A stretch of 63,997 bases of DNA, filler included, from an uncultured Myxococcia bacterium (GTDB taxonomy: Bacteria; CAZTWC01): assembly GCA_964617105.1 (NCBI GenBank). It is 9 parts of 9 records of this genome, joined end to end, with 100 filler letters (N's around TTAATTAATTAA, not from the genome) between each part and the next. Parts side by side here need not be neighbours in the genome. Positions count along the whole stretch, not along the records: positions 7,195 to 14,276 come from CAZTWC010000198.1; positions 14,377 to 21,453 come from CAZTWC010000199.1; 7 more parts are not named here. One strand, given 5' to 3'. The notes beneath the pieces were generated by a model. That model was not told the origin of the DNA. It did no database searches and saw only the letters and a list, made by a program, of their open reading frames with translations. Positions 8,934 to 20,056 of the stretch are shown piece after piece. A program made the translations under genes and the position numbers. Each line of letters opens with the position of its first letter. The stretch's first letter is position 1.

Positions 8934-10358
8934 TTAAAACTGAAAATAGATAAAGGGGATATGATTCACGTTCCAGGCCATCACCAATATAAACAATGAT
9001 ACGGTGACCAAAAAGGATTTCATGGCTGGGGATAGTTTTAAAAACAGATAGGGAGACCTGATTCTCTTCTGGGGCAAGTCGATTATCAATGTTAACCCGA
9101 CTACATATATAAAGAGTTCCCAGCCGGCGTAGGTAAAATGCCAGGGATTGACAAAAAGGGTGGAAACCATCTGGCCCGCTTCAAAAAAAGTGGGCGCCCG
9201 AAAGACGTTCCAGGCCATCATCACCGCAATCATCACCAAAACCCAGCATATGGGAGACAAAACCAATATGTCTAAAATACGGTGCGGAGTTTTAATGCCA
9301 TATTTAGACCATAGTCCTCTGATTATCCTTTCGGTAAAGATATAACTAAAAAACAGTATTCCCAGGGTGACATTGCTGGAGTCGGCGCCATGCCACAGAC
9401 CAATCATAATAAAAGCGAACAATAGATTCAATTGGGCCCGGACAGAGCCTTTTTTACTGCCTCCCATGGAGAAATAGAGATAATCTCTGATCCAGGTGGT
9501 AAAGGAGATATGCCAGCGGGTCCAAAATTCTCCAATACTCCGGGAGAAATAGGGCTGGGTAAAATTTCTCATCAAGTTAAAACCAAAGATCTTGGCAGTT
9601 CCCCGGGCAATATCGCTGTAACCGGCAAAATCGCAATAGATCTGTAAAGCAAAGAAAATATGAGCCTGGAACACCTGGTCGGCACTGTGGGCCATTGGAT
9701 CGTTGAAAACTTTACAGACGGTTGGATCAACGATATCTGCTATGGCGACTTTGCGCAACATACCTATGAGGATCAATAAAATTCCCTTGCGCACCTGGTC
9801 GGCGCTGACAGTTCGTTTTTGCTCGATTTGGGGTAAAAGCCGGCCCCCTCTCTCAATTGGGCCCGCCACCAATTGGGGGAAAAATGAAACATAGAGAGCA
9901 AAGTTGATAAAATCATAGGAGGGTTTGATTTTACCCCGGTACACATCAATGGTGTAGGCCAAGGTTTGGAAGGTATAAAAAGAGATCCCCACCGGTAAAA
10001 TAATATTTAGACTGTAAGAATTGACATGCAAGCCAAAGAGTTGAAGAGTCTCAGAAAAAGAGGATACAAAAAAGTTGACGTATTTGAAAAAGCCTAAAAT
10101 TCCCAGGTTGGTACAGCAACTGATGGCCAGGTAAAAATCTTTTTTAGACTGCTCAGAGGAGGACTGTATGCGCTGAGCGCAAAAAAAGTCAACCACGGTG
10201 GAGAGGGCCAAAAGTGAACAAAAACGGTAATCCCAATATCCATAGAAAAAATAGGAGGCTCCTAAAAGAAGGATATTTTGCCACCTGTGCTTCAACAGGT
10301 AATAGGTAGGCAGCATTACTGCTAAAAAAATGAAGAAATCTACAGTGTTAAAAAGCAT
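8934..10358 (-). CDS. MBOAT family O-acyltransferase (AlgI/DltB-like)
   Basis: LPVGISFYTFQ, FFPQLVAGPIER, FWTRWHIS and GLWHGA (catalytic His) motifs. Confidence 0.93.
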   Translation of the reverse strand: MLFNTVDFFIFLAVMLPTYYLLKHRWQNILLLGASYFFYGYWDYRFCSLLALSTVVDFFCAQRIQSSSEQSKKDFYLAISCCTNLGILGFFKYVNFFVSSFSETLQLFGLHVNSYSLNIILPVGISFYTFQTLAYTIDVYRGKIKPSYDFINFALYVSFFPQLVAGPIERGGRLLPQIEQKRTVSADQVRKGILLILIGMLRKVAIADIVDPTVCKVFNDPMAHSADQVFQAHIFFALQIYCDFAGYSDIARGTAKIFGFNLMRNFTQPYFSRSIGEFWTRWHISFTTWIRDYLYFSMGGSKKGSVRAQLNLLFAFIMIGLWHGADSSNVTLGILFFSYIFTERIIRGLWSKYGIKTPHRILDILVLSPICWVLVMIAVMMAWNVFRAPTFFEAGQMVSTLFVNPWHFTYAGWELFIYVVGLTLIIDLPQKRIRSPYLFLKLSPAMKSFLVTVSLFILVMAWNVNHIPFIYFQF

Positions 10359-10554
10359 ATAAGAAAAGTATTGATCAAAGCCATCTACCCGTCAAGTAAA
10401 AAGCCCAACTACTCTAGTTCCTGTCTGAAAACCCCTTCTGCTACGAATTCTCGGATGGGAACTCTGAGCTCCTCAAATTGAGTTCTAAAATGCTTGCCTC
10501 GGCGGGTATTGCTATGTTAAATTATTTCAAACAAACACTGGCAAGGAAAGATTG

Positions 10555-11838
10555 ATGTTTAACCCAAAAATAGAGCAGATAGATGCCCATGATTTGCAAA
10601 AACTGCAATTGGTAAGAATGCAGGAGGTGTTATCAAGGGTCTATGCCCATTCGCCCCTTTATAGGGACAAATTTGACCAGGCTGGAGTAAAACCGGAACA
10701 GTTACGCTGCCTGGATGATCTGCGGCGTTTTCCCTTTACCTGCAAACAGGATCTGCGTGATTGCTGGCCCTATGGCACCTTTGCGGTTCCCATGGAACAG
10801 ATTGACAAGATCCACACCACCTCTGGCACCACCGGAAAACCTACGGTTATCGGTTTTACTAAAAATGACTGGAACGATGTGATAGAGATGGCAGCCAGGG
10901 GCATGCGGGCTTCAACTATCTCAGCCGGGGATATTGTTCAAAATACCACCCCTTATGGTCTATTTTTCGCTGGTGCATCAACCCAGGGCGGGGCGGAGAA
11001 AGCCGGCGCCGCTGTTATTCCAATGGGGCCTGGCAATCCTGAACAGCAACTGTTTTTTATTAAAAATTTAAAGCCCACAGTAATTATGGGTGTGCCTTCC
11101 TTTATTCTAACCCTGGCCAATTATGCCCGGGCCACCGGATTTGATCCAGCCTCCAGTTCGCTGAAAAAGGCTTTTCTTTTAGGTGAACCTATTACCGAAG
11201 CCACCATGGAAAGGATCGAAACGGCCTGGGGCATAAAAGCCTATTCTGGTTACGGCATAACCGAAATAGGGGCGTCCGGCACCTGTCCGGAGCGAGATGG
11301 GTACCATTGGTCGGCAGATATTGTTTACCTGGAAATTCTCGATTTTGAAAGCGGTGAACCGGTAAAACCGGGAGAAAAAGGGGAAGCGGTTTACACCACC
11401 CTTACAAGACAGGGAGTGCCATTGATTCGCTTCAGGAGCCGGGATATTATCTCTCGCATGGAGAGTTGCCCCTGTGGACGCACTTTGCCCAAAATATCCT
11501 TTATTGAAGGCCGGCTGGATGACCGAACCAAAATACGCGGTACCCTGATTCTTCCGCGTGAAATTGAGGAAGCGATCTTAAAGATCTCTCAGGTGGAGAA
11601 CTACCTGGCGGTGGTGGACAATAAGGGCGATATGGATATCCTGACTGTTTATGTCAAATCAAGTAAAGATATGGCTAAAGAGATTACTCAACGGGTAAAG
11701 GCTCTCACCAACCTCACTCCAAATCAAGTGATCCAGGTGGAGGAGATCCCCCGGGGAGAGAGGAAGATGAAACGGTTTATAGATGGTCGTAATCCTACGA
11801 AAAGCGATTTGGAAATATTAAATAGGGTGAAAAAATGA
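10555..11838 (+). CDS. Phenylacetate-CoA ligase / F390 synthetase-like adenylate-forming enzyme
   Basis: FPFTCKQDLRD, TTSGTTGKP, YGITE, PLIRFRSRD and GRLDD motifs. Confidence 0.85.
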   Translation: MFNPKIEQIDAHDLQKLQLVRMQEVLSRVYAHSPLYRDKFDQAGVKPEQLRCLDDLRRFPFTCKQDLRDCWPYGTFAVPMEQIDKIHTTSGTTGKPTVIGFTKNDWNDVIEMAARGMRASTISAGDIVQNTTPYGLFFAGASTQGGAEKAGAAVIPMGPGNPEQQLFFIKNLKPTVIMGVPSFILTLANYARATGFDPASSSLKKAFLLGEPITEATMERIETAWGIKAYSGYGITEIGASGTCPERDGYHWSADIVYLEILDFESGEPVKPGEKGEAVYTTLTRQGVPLIRFRSRDIISRMESCPCGRTLPKISFIEGRLDDRTKIRGTLILPREIEEAILKISQVENYLAVVDNKGDMDILTVYVKSSKDMAKEITQRVKALTNLTPNQVIQVEEIPRGERKMKRFIDGRNPTKSDLEILNRVKK

Positions 11839-13079
11839 GTGAGCAAAATATTTATGACAATAATGCCAGGCTGTCGGGCCTGAAACACTTAAGGGGAAAA
11901 CAAGTCAAAATTTGGGACTGCACCTTAAGGGATGGCGAGCAGGCTCCGGGAGTTAGTTTTAATCCTAAGGAAAAAATCAAACTAGCCAAAGCCCTGGACG
12001 CGGCTGGAGTGGCTATTTTGGATGCTGCCATGCCCATAGTTTCAGAATATGAGCGCCAGGCTCTGCGGGGGATGGTTGAAGCAGATCTAAAGGCGGAAAT
12101 CGGCGCCACTGTCAGAACTGAAGAAATAGATATAAATTTGGCCAAAGAGTGCGGCGTCGAATGGGTGTATATGTTTCTCTCCACCAGTCCCATCCATCTC
12201 TACCATAAATTTGGCATCCAGGAAGATCAAGCCCGGGAAAAAGCCCTGAAATATGCAGATTATGCCCATAAAAAAGGGTTGAAAGTGACTTATATCGCCG
12301 AAGATAGTGCCCGCTCCAATCCAGAATACCTGATCACCCTGTTTACCGATTTACACCAGGCCGGAGTGGAAAGAATAATGATCTGCGATACCGTAGGGGT
12401 GTTCACCACATCTACGGCCATAAAAGAATTTATCGCCGAAATATTGAATAATACTCCCAAAGAAATAGTTTACGGCATCCACTGCCACAACGATTTTGGC
12501 CTGGCGGCAGCCAATACTCTGGCAGCCATGGAGAGTGGGGCCAAATTCCCTACCGTTACCATGAACGGCCTGGGAGAAAGAAGCGGTAACGCCCCTCTGG
12601 AACAAGTGGTTATGGCCCTGGAAAAATCTGGAGTTTCTACCGGGATCCATCTGAACAAACTAGATGAACTATCCAAACTAGTGGCTCATTCAGCCGGGAT
12701 TTTCCCCTCTCCCAGCCAACCAATAGTTGGATTCAACGCCTTTAGACACGAATCCGGCACTCACGCCCAGACGGTAATCGAGGATCCTAAAACTTACGAA
12801 CCTATCCAGCCGGAGGAGGTGGGGCGCAAGCGGGAGTTTGTGATTGGCAAACACGCCGGCAAAAAACAAGTTGAGTTGCTGTTGCAAGATTACGGTATCC
12901 ACGCCAACAAAGAGCAGTTAAAAAACATTACCCGGCAACTGAAAAACCGCAAAGAAACTCGGGAAAAACCTAGAATATCCCAGATGGAAGAAAGATTAGA
13001 TTATTACTATAATCACCAGTTGGGAATATCCCACAATACCCTGTTAAAGATCGCCTCTGAGGTTATTGATGAAGATTGA
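11835..13079 (+). CDS. Homocitrate synthase / isopropylmalate synthase family (AksA/NifV-like, no C-terminal regulatory domain)
   Basis: DCTLRDGEQAPG, HCHNDFGLA, GLGERSGNA, HESG, GKHAG; 414 aa. Confidence 0.85.
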   Translation: MSEQNIYDNNARLSGLKHLRGKQVKIWDCTLRDGEQAPGVSFNPKEKIKLAKALDAAGVAILDAAMPIVSEYERQALRGMVEADLKAEIGATVRTEEIDINLAKECGVEWVYMFLSTSPIHLYHKFGIQEDQAREKALKYADYAHKKGLKVTYIAEDSARSNPEYLITLFTDLHQAGVERIMICDTVGVFTTSTAIKEFIAEILNNTPKEIVYGIHCHNDFGLAAANTLAAMESGAKFPTVTMNGLGERSGNAPLEQVVMALEKSGVSTGIHLNKLDELSKLVAHSAGIFPSPSQPIVGFNAFRHESGTHAQTVIEDPKTYEPIQPEEVGRKREFVIGKHAGKKQVELLLQDYGIHANKEQLKNITRQLKNRKETREKPRISQMEERLDYYYNHQLGISHNTLLKIASEVIDED

Positions 13080-14276
13080 GATGCCTGACACTCCCAAAAC
13101 TTTAGCAGAAAAAATTTTACAGCAAAAGACGCCAAAACATATTCGGGCTGGCGAAATAACCACCTGTACCTATGATTTATTGATGGGCCATGACGGAACC
13201 GCCACCCTGATTATGGACGATTATCTTCGTTATAAAAAGATTTGCGGTCGTTCTTTGATATTCGACCCCTCAAAAGTGCTGTTGGTGGGTGATCATTTTG
13301 CTCCGCCCGCCACAGTGGACCGGGCTAATATTCTTCTCAAACAGATCCTGTTCGCCCGGGAGGAGGAGTTGGAAAACCGGGTTTTCGAGGGAATTTGTCA
13401 CCAGTTGCTGGTAGAGGACAGCCGGGTTACCGCCGGAAAATTGATCCTGGGGGCTGACTCTCACACCGTCACCTCCGGTGCTCTGGGGGCTATGGCTACC
13501 GGCATCGGCTCCACCGATTTCCTCTATGCTCTGATTGAGGGCCACCTATGGCTCAAAGTGCCCCATTCCATCAAAATCACCTTGCGGGGCAAAATGCCCG
13601 AATATATCTCTGGCAAAGATATTGCCCTGGAGATATTGAGACTGTTGGGTGAAAACGGCGGTCTGGCCATGGCCCTGGAGTATCACGACCTTTCGGAAGA
13701 TAAAATTTCCATGGACAGCCGTTGCACCATATCTAACATGAGCGTGGAAACTGGGGCTATGGCTGGCATATTTGTGCCTGACCAGGTAACCGAGGAGTTT
13801 ACTTTGGCAAAAAATGGGGACTATCACCCCCTCTTCCCTGATCGGGATGCCGTATATGAGGAACTTCTGGAGATCGACCTCTCCAGCCTGGAACCGCTAA
13901 TAGCCTTGCCCCATAGTCCGGCCAACATAAAAAAAGTCAAAGAGGTGGAAGGTATTGATGTAGACCAGGTTTATCTCGGCTCCTGCACCGGTGGGAGGCT
14001 GGAGGATTTTGAGTTGGCAGCGCGGATTTTCGCGGGTCAGGAAAAACATCCCCAGGTGAGGATGATTGTAATTGCCGCCTCCAAACAAGTGGAAAGTCAA
14101 ATGTTTCGGTCGGGCTGCATGGAGAAGTTGCACCGAGCCGGAGCTGCCATTGGCAATTCCAGTTGCGGACCTTGCTGCAATATCGACAAAGGGCTGATTG
14201 GGAAAGGTGAAGTCTGCCTGGCCACCTCTAACCGCAATTTCAAAGGAAGGATGGGTGATTTGGAAAGTGGAGTCTA
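13066..14276 (+). CDS. 3-isopropylmalate dehydratase / homoaconitase large subunit (LeuC/HacA/AksD-like); 3'-truncated
   Basis: HDG, DH, GICHQ, GADSHT, GSCTGGR, CGPC and SNRNFKGRMG motifs. Confidence 0.9.
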
Positions 14277-14376
14277 NNNNNNNNNNNNNNNNNNNNNNNN
14301 NNNNNNNNNNNNNNNNNNNNTTAATTAATTAANNNNNNNNNNNNNNNNNNNNNNNNNNNNNNNNNNNNNNNNNNNN

Positions 14377-16058
14377 GGATGAACGTCTCTGACGTCAAAT
14401 CCGGCTCGCTCTCTGGTAAGACCGCCTGGTCCCAGGGCACTCAAGCGTCTTTTATGAGTTATTTCCGAAAGAGGATTGGTTTGATCCATAAATTGTGAGA
14501 GTTGACTGGAGCCAAAAAACTCCTTTATAACCGCAGTAACCGGTTTGGTATTCATCAGGTCATGGGGCATGAGAGTATCTGCTTCTTGGAGGCTCATCCT
14601 CTCTTTAATCGCCCTCTCCATCCTTACCAGTCCAATTTGGTACTGGTTTTCTAGAAGTTCTCCCACCGACCGAACCCGGCGATTACCCAGGTGATCGATG
14701 TCATCCACATCGCCGTTCTTATTTTTCAGGTCTATCAGATGTCTAACCACTTCCAGGATATCTTTTTTAGTAAGAATTGTATTGGAAAGAGGTTCGTTGA
14801 GTCCAAATTTGAAATTCAACTTCAATCGTCCCACTGCCGACAAGTCATAACGGTCAGCATTGAAGAACAAGTTTTCGAACAGATTAGTCGCCGTATCGAG
14901 GGTAGGGGGATCACCCGGTCTTAGTCTCCGGTAAATTTCAATCAAAGCCTCTTCACGAGTGCTGATTTTATCGGAGTTTAAGGTGTCTCTTAAAAAGGAG
15001 CCTACATTAAGGTTGTCGATGAAAAAGACTTTAAAAACATTGATGTTTTTATGCTTTAGTTCATCCAGTTTATCTTCAGTAATTTCATCGTTGCACTCCA
15101 GGATAACCTCGCCGGTTTCGTCATCGATTATATCTTTGGCAACAACTTTTCCCATCACGTCTTCTGGCTCAATGGGTAATTTGGTAATACCGGCTTCCCT
15201 GATTCTCTGAATGGTACGTTTGGTGAATTTGAGATTTTTCTTGGCGATTACTCTTTCTGTTTTAGGGTGCAAAATATCTTTGATAGCCCTCTGTCCCTTG
15301 AGTAATTCGATTTCAATACTTTTGAATACCTTTTCCTCTTCCAGAAAAATGGTTTCAGTATCGTAGTAGTAGTTCAACAACTCATTAGTTGAATAACCGA
15401 GAGCCCTGAGCAGCACAGTAGCCGGTAATTTACGGCGGCGATCAATGCGTACATTGATCAAATCCCTGGCATCGAATTCAAAGTCTATCCAGGAGCCTCT
15501 ATAGGGTATAATCCTGGCTGAGTATAATTTTTTTCCCGAAGAGTGGGTTTTGCCTTTATCGTGTTCAAAAAAAGTACCCGGTGAGCGATGTAATTGGCTT
15601 ACCACCACTCTTTCTGCACCGTTAATAATAAAAGTTCCGTTATCGGTCATCAAAGGGATTTCACCAAAATAAACCTCCTGCTCCATTATCTCTTTAATGG
15701 TGCTGGTTTCGGTATCAGCGTCTTTTTCCCAAATAGCTAACCGCAAGAGTACCTTTATGGGGGCAGCATAAGTAATACCCCGTTGCCGGCATTCTTTTAC
15801 TACGCATTTGGGTTTTTCCATAGAGTAACTCTCGAAATCCAAAGAAGCGGTTTCATTATAATCTTTGATTGGAAAGATCCGTTTGAATACCCCTTGAAGC
15901 CCAATATTCTTTCTCTTTTCAGGTGGTACATCGGCCTGTAGAAATTTATTATACGATTGTTTTTGAATATCGATAAGATTGGGCATATCGATAACCGGAG
16001 GTATTTTGGCAAAAGACTTACGGATTCTGAAATTTTTTTGAATTTTGTTTCCCTGCAT
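14377..16058 (-). CDS. rpoB: RNA polymerase beta subunit, N-terminal part; truncated by contig end
   Basis: [53 protein letters not shown]. Confidence 0.98.
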
Positions 16059-16382
16059 TACGATATCCTGTAGTTAAAGCGAGTTGCAGATAAAATAAAA
16101 AATGCAAATATGTCATAGCGTTTAGACTATGATTAAATTTAAATGATAAAAATGATGAAGAATTATTGTTTTCCGGTAGGATAGTTTTGTTTGCATAGAT
16201 AAAGTCTACCTAAGAAGAGATAAGTTGCATCTCTTTTCCTAGTTTCCATTCGGAAAGCCTAAACCCCTAACGAGAAAATCTTAAAATGCAATAGGGGTAA
16301 AGGCTCATAGCCTCAGGTATTTATTACCGGTGAAATATATTCCGAATGTGAATTGCTTAAAAATCAAATTTCTATTAAGTAA

Positions 16383-16772
16383 CTATTTGATTTCGACTTT
16401 ACCACCAACTTTTTCTATTTGTTCTTTTAGTTTTTCTGCTTCTTCTTTGGGAACAGCAGTTTTAACTGGTTTTGGCAGGTTGTCTATCAATTCTTTCGCC
16501 TCTTTTAACGGTAAACCGGTAATAGCGCGAATCTCTTTGATAACATGAATTTTTTTATCGCCAAAAGAGGTCAAGACCAAATCAAATTCGTCTTTCTCCT
16601 CTTCAGCGGGAGCCGCATCTCCGCCTGGGGCCATTGCCATAGCCGCCACTGGAGCAGCAGCAGAAACACCTAGTTCATCTTCCAACTCTTTGATAAGAGA
16701 GGAAAGATCTAAAACTGTCATGTTTTTAATGAACTCTTTTACCTGGTCTTGGGTAATCTGCACATCGCTCAT
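16383..16772 (-). CDS. rplL: 50S ribosomal protein L7/L12
   Basis: [10 protein letters not shown] hinge, [15 protein letters not shown]; operon context. Confidence 0.97.
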   Translation of the reverse strand: MSDVQITQDQVKEFIKNMTVLDLSSLIKELEDELGVSAAAPVAAMAMAPGGDAAPAEEEKDEFDLVLTSFGDKKIHVIKEIRAITGLPLKEAKELIDNLPKPVKTAVPKEEAEKLKEQIEKVGGKVEIK

Positions 16773-16838
16773 TGTTATACTCCTTTTATAGAAAACGTCT
16801 GTTAATTAAACGAATTGGTTAGTAAAATAAATGCTCTA

Positions 16839-17393
16839 TTATTCTTCCTGCGGTTCCTGTTGTCCACCGTCCTCTTCCTGCTCTTTTTTCTCTTTAATAG
16901 CAGTTAAGAGATCTAGGAATTGGCGGGGCACGCCTCCCAATACAGTGAGAAACTGACTGATTGGTGCAGCCATCAGGCCTACTAATTGTCCTTGTAATAC
17001 CAATTTAGATGGTATTTTGGCTAGACTGGGAATTACTTTAGCATCGATGATTTTCCCATCGACAAAGCCGCCTTTGATTTTAAGGTTTTTATTTTCTTTG
17101 CTAAAATCTACCGCAATTTTAATTGGCGTAATGGGATCATCATAGGAGAGGGCGATAGAGACAGGACCGTTAATAAATTGGTCAAGCCCTTCATAGGGAG
17201 TGTCTTTGATAGCCAGTTTGGTAAGAGTATTTTTTACCACCTGGTAATCGATCTCTTTTTCCCGTAATTTTCCACGAAATTTTTCCATTTGAGGAACATT
17301 TAATCCGCGGTAATCAGTTAGAATAACCGAAGAACTCTTGGTTATCTTTTCTCGGTAATTTTTAATGGTCTGTTGTTTTGTGGCACGATCCAA
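16839..17393 (-). CDS. rplJ: 50S ribosomal protein L10
   Basis: DYRGLNV and VVKNTL motifs; operon context. Confidence 0.96.
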   Translation of the reverse strand: MDRATKQQTIKNYREKITKSSSVILTDYRGLNVPQMEKFRGKLREKEIDYQVVKNTLTKLAIKDTPYEGLDQFINGPVSIALSYDDPITPIKIAVDFSKENKNLKIKGGFVDGKIIDAKVIPSLAKIPSKLVLQGQLVGLMAAPISQFLTVLGGVPRQFLDLLTAIKEKKEQEEDGGQQEPQEE

Positions 17394-17404
17394 CGTCTTA
17401 TCTC

Positions 17405-18115
17405 CTATTGATTCTCTTTAATATCGTCTTGCAACTTGACGGTATCAACTTTGATACCTAGTCCCATGGAAGAGGCCAGAGTGATATTTTTTAAATAGTT
17501 GCCTTTGGCTGAGGCAGGTTTAGCCTTAATTAGTGCTTCTATCAGGCAGGTTACATTTTCTTTAAGAGATTGTTCATCAAAAGAAACTTTTCCAACTCCA
17601 GCGTGAATAATACCGGCTTTGTCAACCCGATATTCCACTCGTCCGGCTTTCATCTCTTTAACACTCCGGGCAATATCCTTGGTTACTGTGCCAACCTTAG
17701 GATTGGGCATTAATCCACGGGGGCCAAGTATTTTACCTAGTTTACCAACGTGTCTCATCATATCTGGAGTAGCCAGCACCTTATCAAATCCCAACCATCC
17801 CTTTTTGATTTTTTCCGCAAATTCTTCAGCTCCCACAAAGTCTGCACCAGCATCAAGAGCCTCTTTTTCCTTTTCTCCCTGAGCGAAAACCAGGACTTTT
17901 ACCGTTTTACCCAGTCCATTAGGAAGAACGACCGCCCCTCTTACCATCTGATCAGCGTATTTTGGATTTACAGCCAAATTTACAGCGATATCCAGGGTGC
18001 TGTCAAAATTGACGTAAGAGGTCGATTTAACCAGTTGAAGAGCCTCTTCCAGGGGGTATTTTTTTAACCTATCCACCTGGGGCGCTACAGCGCGATATTT
18101 TTTTCCCCTTTTCAT
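17405..18115 (-). CDS. rplA: 50S ribosomal protein L1
   Basis: [13 protein letters not shown] and [15 protein letters not shown] motifs. Confidence 0.97.
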   Translation of the reverse strand: MKRGKKYRAVAPQVDRLKKYPLEEALQLVKSTSYVNFDSTLDIAVNLAVNPKYADQMVRGAVVLPNGLGKTVKVLVFAQGEKEKEALDAGADFVGAEEFAEKIKKGWLGFDKVLATPDMMRHVGKLGKILGPRGLMPNPKVGTVTKDIARSVKEMKAGRVEYRVDKAGIIHAGVGKVSFDEQSLKENVTCLIEALIKAKPASAKGNYLKNITLASSMGLGIKVDTVKLQDDIKENQ

Positions 18116-18128
18116 AACACAATCTCCC

Positions 18129-18551
18129 TTATTCTATTTCAACACCCATACTTCTGGCCGTACCTTCAATGGTTTTCATGGCCTGCTCAATTGTGAATGC
18201 ATTGAGATCTTGCATTTTGAATTGAGCTATTTCCTCAACCTGTTTTTTAGTTATTTTACCTACCTTATCCCGGTTGGGGATACTGGAACCTTTCTCCAGT
18301 TTGGCTGCCTTTTTGATTAGTACTGCTGCTGGTGGCGTTTTGGTAATAAAAGTAAAAGTACGATCCTGATAAACAGTTATTATAACCGGAGTTATGGTGC
18401 CCATATCTTTTTGGGTTTTTGCATTAAAGGCTTTACAAAATTCCATTATGTTTACACCATGTTGCCCAAGGGCAGGGCCAACTGGTGGCGAAGGGTTGGC
18501 TTTTCCTGCCTCAATTTGCAATTTGATATTAGTCATTATTTTTTTAGCCAT
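18129..18551 (-). CDS. rplK: 50S ribosomal protein L11
   Basis: [29 protein letters not shown]. Confidence 0.98.
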   Translation of the reverse strand: MAKKIMTNIKLQIEAGKANPSPPVGPALGQHGVNIMEFCKAFNAKTQKDMGTITPVIITVYQDRTFTFITKTPPAAVLIKKAAKLEKGSSIPNRDKVGKITKKQVEEIAQFKMQDLNAFTIEQAMKTIEGTARSMGVEIE

Positions 18552-18600
18552 TTACCGCTCCTTATTAAATACAGACTGGTTGTAAGTCCGTCACTTAAGT

Positions 18601-19263
18601 TTAATTCTTTTCCACCTGGGCAAAATCCAGTTCCAGGGGGGTTGCTCTACCAAAGATACTTACCAGTACTTTAAGTTTCCCTTTTTCCGGATTAACTTCC
18701 TCAATTAGTCCACTAAAGTTTGCAAAGGGACCTTCAATTACCCTGACGGTTTCACCTTCGGTAAACATGGTGCTAATTTTTTTGGAAAATCCACCATCCT
18801 GCAACTGGTCTTTAATTTTTTGTACTTCCGTTTCCGAAAGAGCCGGAGGAGAGGTAGTTTGTCCCCCAACAAATCCAGTAATTCGGGGTGTATTTTTTAT
18901 CAGGTACCAGGTCTCATCGTTCAAATCCATATTAACGATCATATACCCGGGAAAAAATTTCATTCTAGTAGTACGCTTTGTACCTTTGACCATTTTGACT
19001 ACTTCTTCGCTGGGAATAAGTATGTCGCCAAAGAGTTTCTCCATATGGGCATTTTTTATCCGTTCTTCCAACGCCTGTTTGGCTTTGTTTTCATAACCGG
19101 AATAGGTATGCACAATATACCATTTTTTCACAAAATCATCCGGGGTTTCGCCTTCGGCAGTAGTCGAAAGCGAAGATGGATTATCTGCTTCATCTTCCTT
19201 GTTATGGACGTCTTGAACGTCAGGGACCTCTGGGACTATATTTTTTTCTTCTTCGTCGTTCAT
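18601..19263 (-). CDS. nusG: Transcription termination/antitermination factor NusG with acidic N-terminal extension
   Basis: [19 protein letters not shown] motif [17 protein letters not shown]. Confidence 0.96.
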   Translation of the reverse strand: MNDEEEKNIVPEVPDVQDVHNKEDEADNPSSLSTTAEGETPDDFVKKWYIVHTYSGYENKAKQALEERIKNAHMEKLFGDILIPSEEVVKMVKGTKRTTRMKFFPGYMIVNMDLNDETWYLIKNTPRITGFVGGQTTSPPALSETEVQKIKDQLQDGGFSKKISTMFTEGETVRVIEGPFANFSGLIEEVNPEKGKLKVLVSIFGRATPLELDFAQVEKN

Positions 19264-19301
19264 AATTTAGTTTACACCTAAATAGACCAAGTCAATAATC
19301 A

Positions 19302-19679
19302 TCAATAAACAAGGTCGCTTAGCCATGACCAGATAGAATCGAAAAGACCCAAAATTATCGAAACAATTAAAACCATTATTAAAACAACAATGGTTGAGAG
19401 TTTTAACTCTTTTTGGCCTGGCCAGGTAACTTTGCTCAGTTCGATTACTATTTCGTGAGATAATTTATTTACCACCGGAACCCGATAGGCGTAAATTAAT
19501 CCACCCAGGGTACAAATAAAGCCCAAAACCATGGACAAGGTAATTTTACTGCCAATTAATGGATAATCATAAACTGAGATAATGCCTAAAAATCCGGCAA
19601 TCATTTTTACCAAAAAAATTCCGATAAAAATTCCAATGGTTAAAAAGCCTACAAATAAATATTTTTGATTGGGATTCAT
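19302..19679 (-). CDS. secE: Preprotein translocase subunit SecE (three-TM type)
   Basis: ELSKVTWP motif; between tRNA-Trp and nusG. Confidence 0.9.
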   Translation of the reverse strand: MNPNQKYLFVGFLTIGIFIGIFLVKMIAGFLGIISVYDYPLIGSKITLSMVLGFICTLGGLIYAYRVPVVNKLSHEIVIELSKVTWPGQKELKLSTIVVLIMVLIVSIILGLFDSIWSWLSDLVY

Positions 19680-19726
19680 ATTATTTTTTTACCCAAGATA
19701 ATTATTTATTAAAGATACATTAAAAA

Positions 19727-19803
19727 TGGCAGGCCAGGAGGGATTCGAACCCACACCCCCCGGATTTGGAGTCCGGTGCTCTAGCCGTTGGAGCTACTGG
19801 CCT
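19727..19803 (-). tRNA. tRNA-Trp(CCA)
   Basis: AGGCCAGTAGCTC...CCGGA-CTCCAAA-TCCGG...GGTTCGAATCC...TGGCCTGCCA cloverleaf. Confidence 0.95.
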
Positions 19804-19855
19804 TTAAACCATAAATTAATAACCTTTAATAACTATAATAATCGAAGTCGAGAGA

Positions 19856-20005
19856 TTATTTAGTTTCTTTATGGACCGTATGTTTACGGCAAAAACGGCA
19901 ATACTTTTTTAAACTCAACTTGCTGGGAGTTGTCCTCTTATTTTTAGTTGAGGTATAATTACGGTTTTTGCATTCACTACACTCGAAGGTAATTATTATT
20001 CTCAT
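19856..20005 (-). CDS. rpmG: 50S ribosomal protein L33 (zinc-ribbon type), absent from the ORF track
   Basis: Manual translation [49 protein letters not shown]; canonical tuf-rpmG-tRNA-Trp-secE position. Confidence 0.95.
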   Translation of the reverse strand: MRIIITFECSECKNRNYTSTKNKRTTPSKLSLKKYCRFCRKHTVHKETK

Positions 20006-20056
20006 TTTATCAACCGCTAAGTATTACATTATTACTATTCTAAAAGATTCCCGCTG

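Noticed and set aside
16059-16382. Structured leader or attenuator between rplL and rpoB
   Set aside because: Only short AT-rich hairpins; no family recognisable and no clear U-tract terminator
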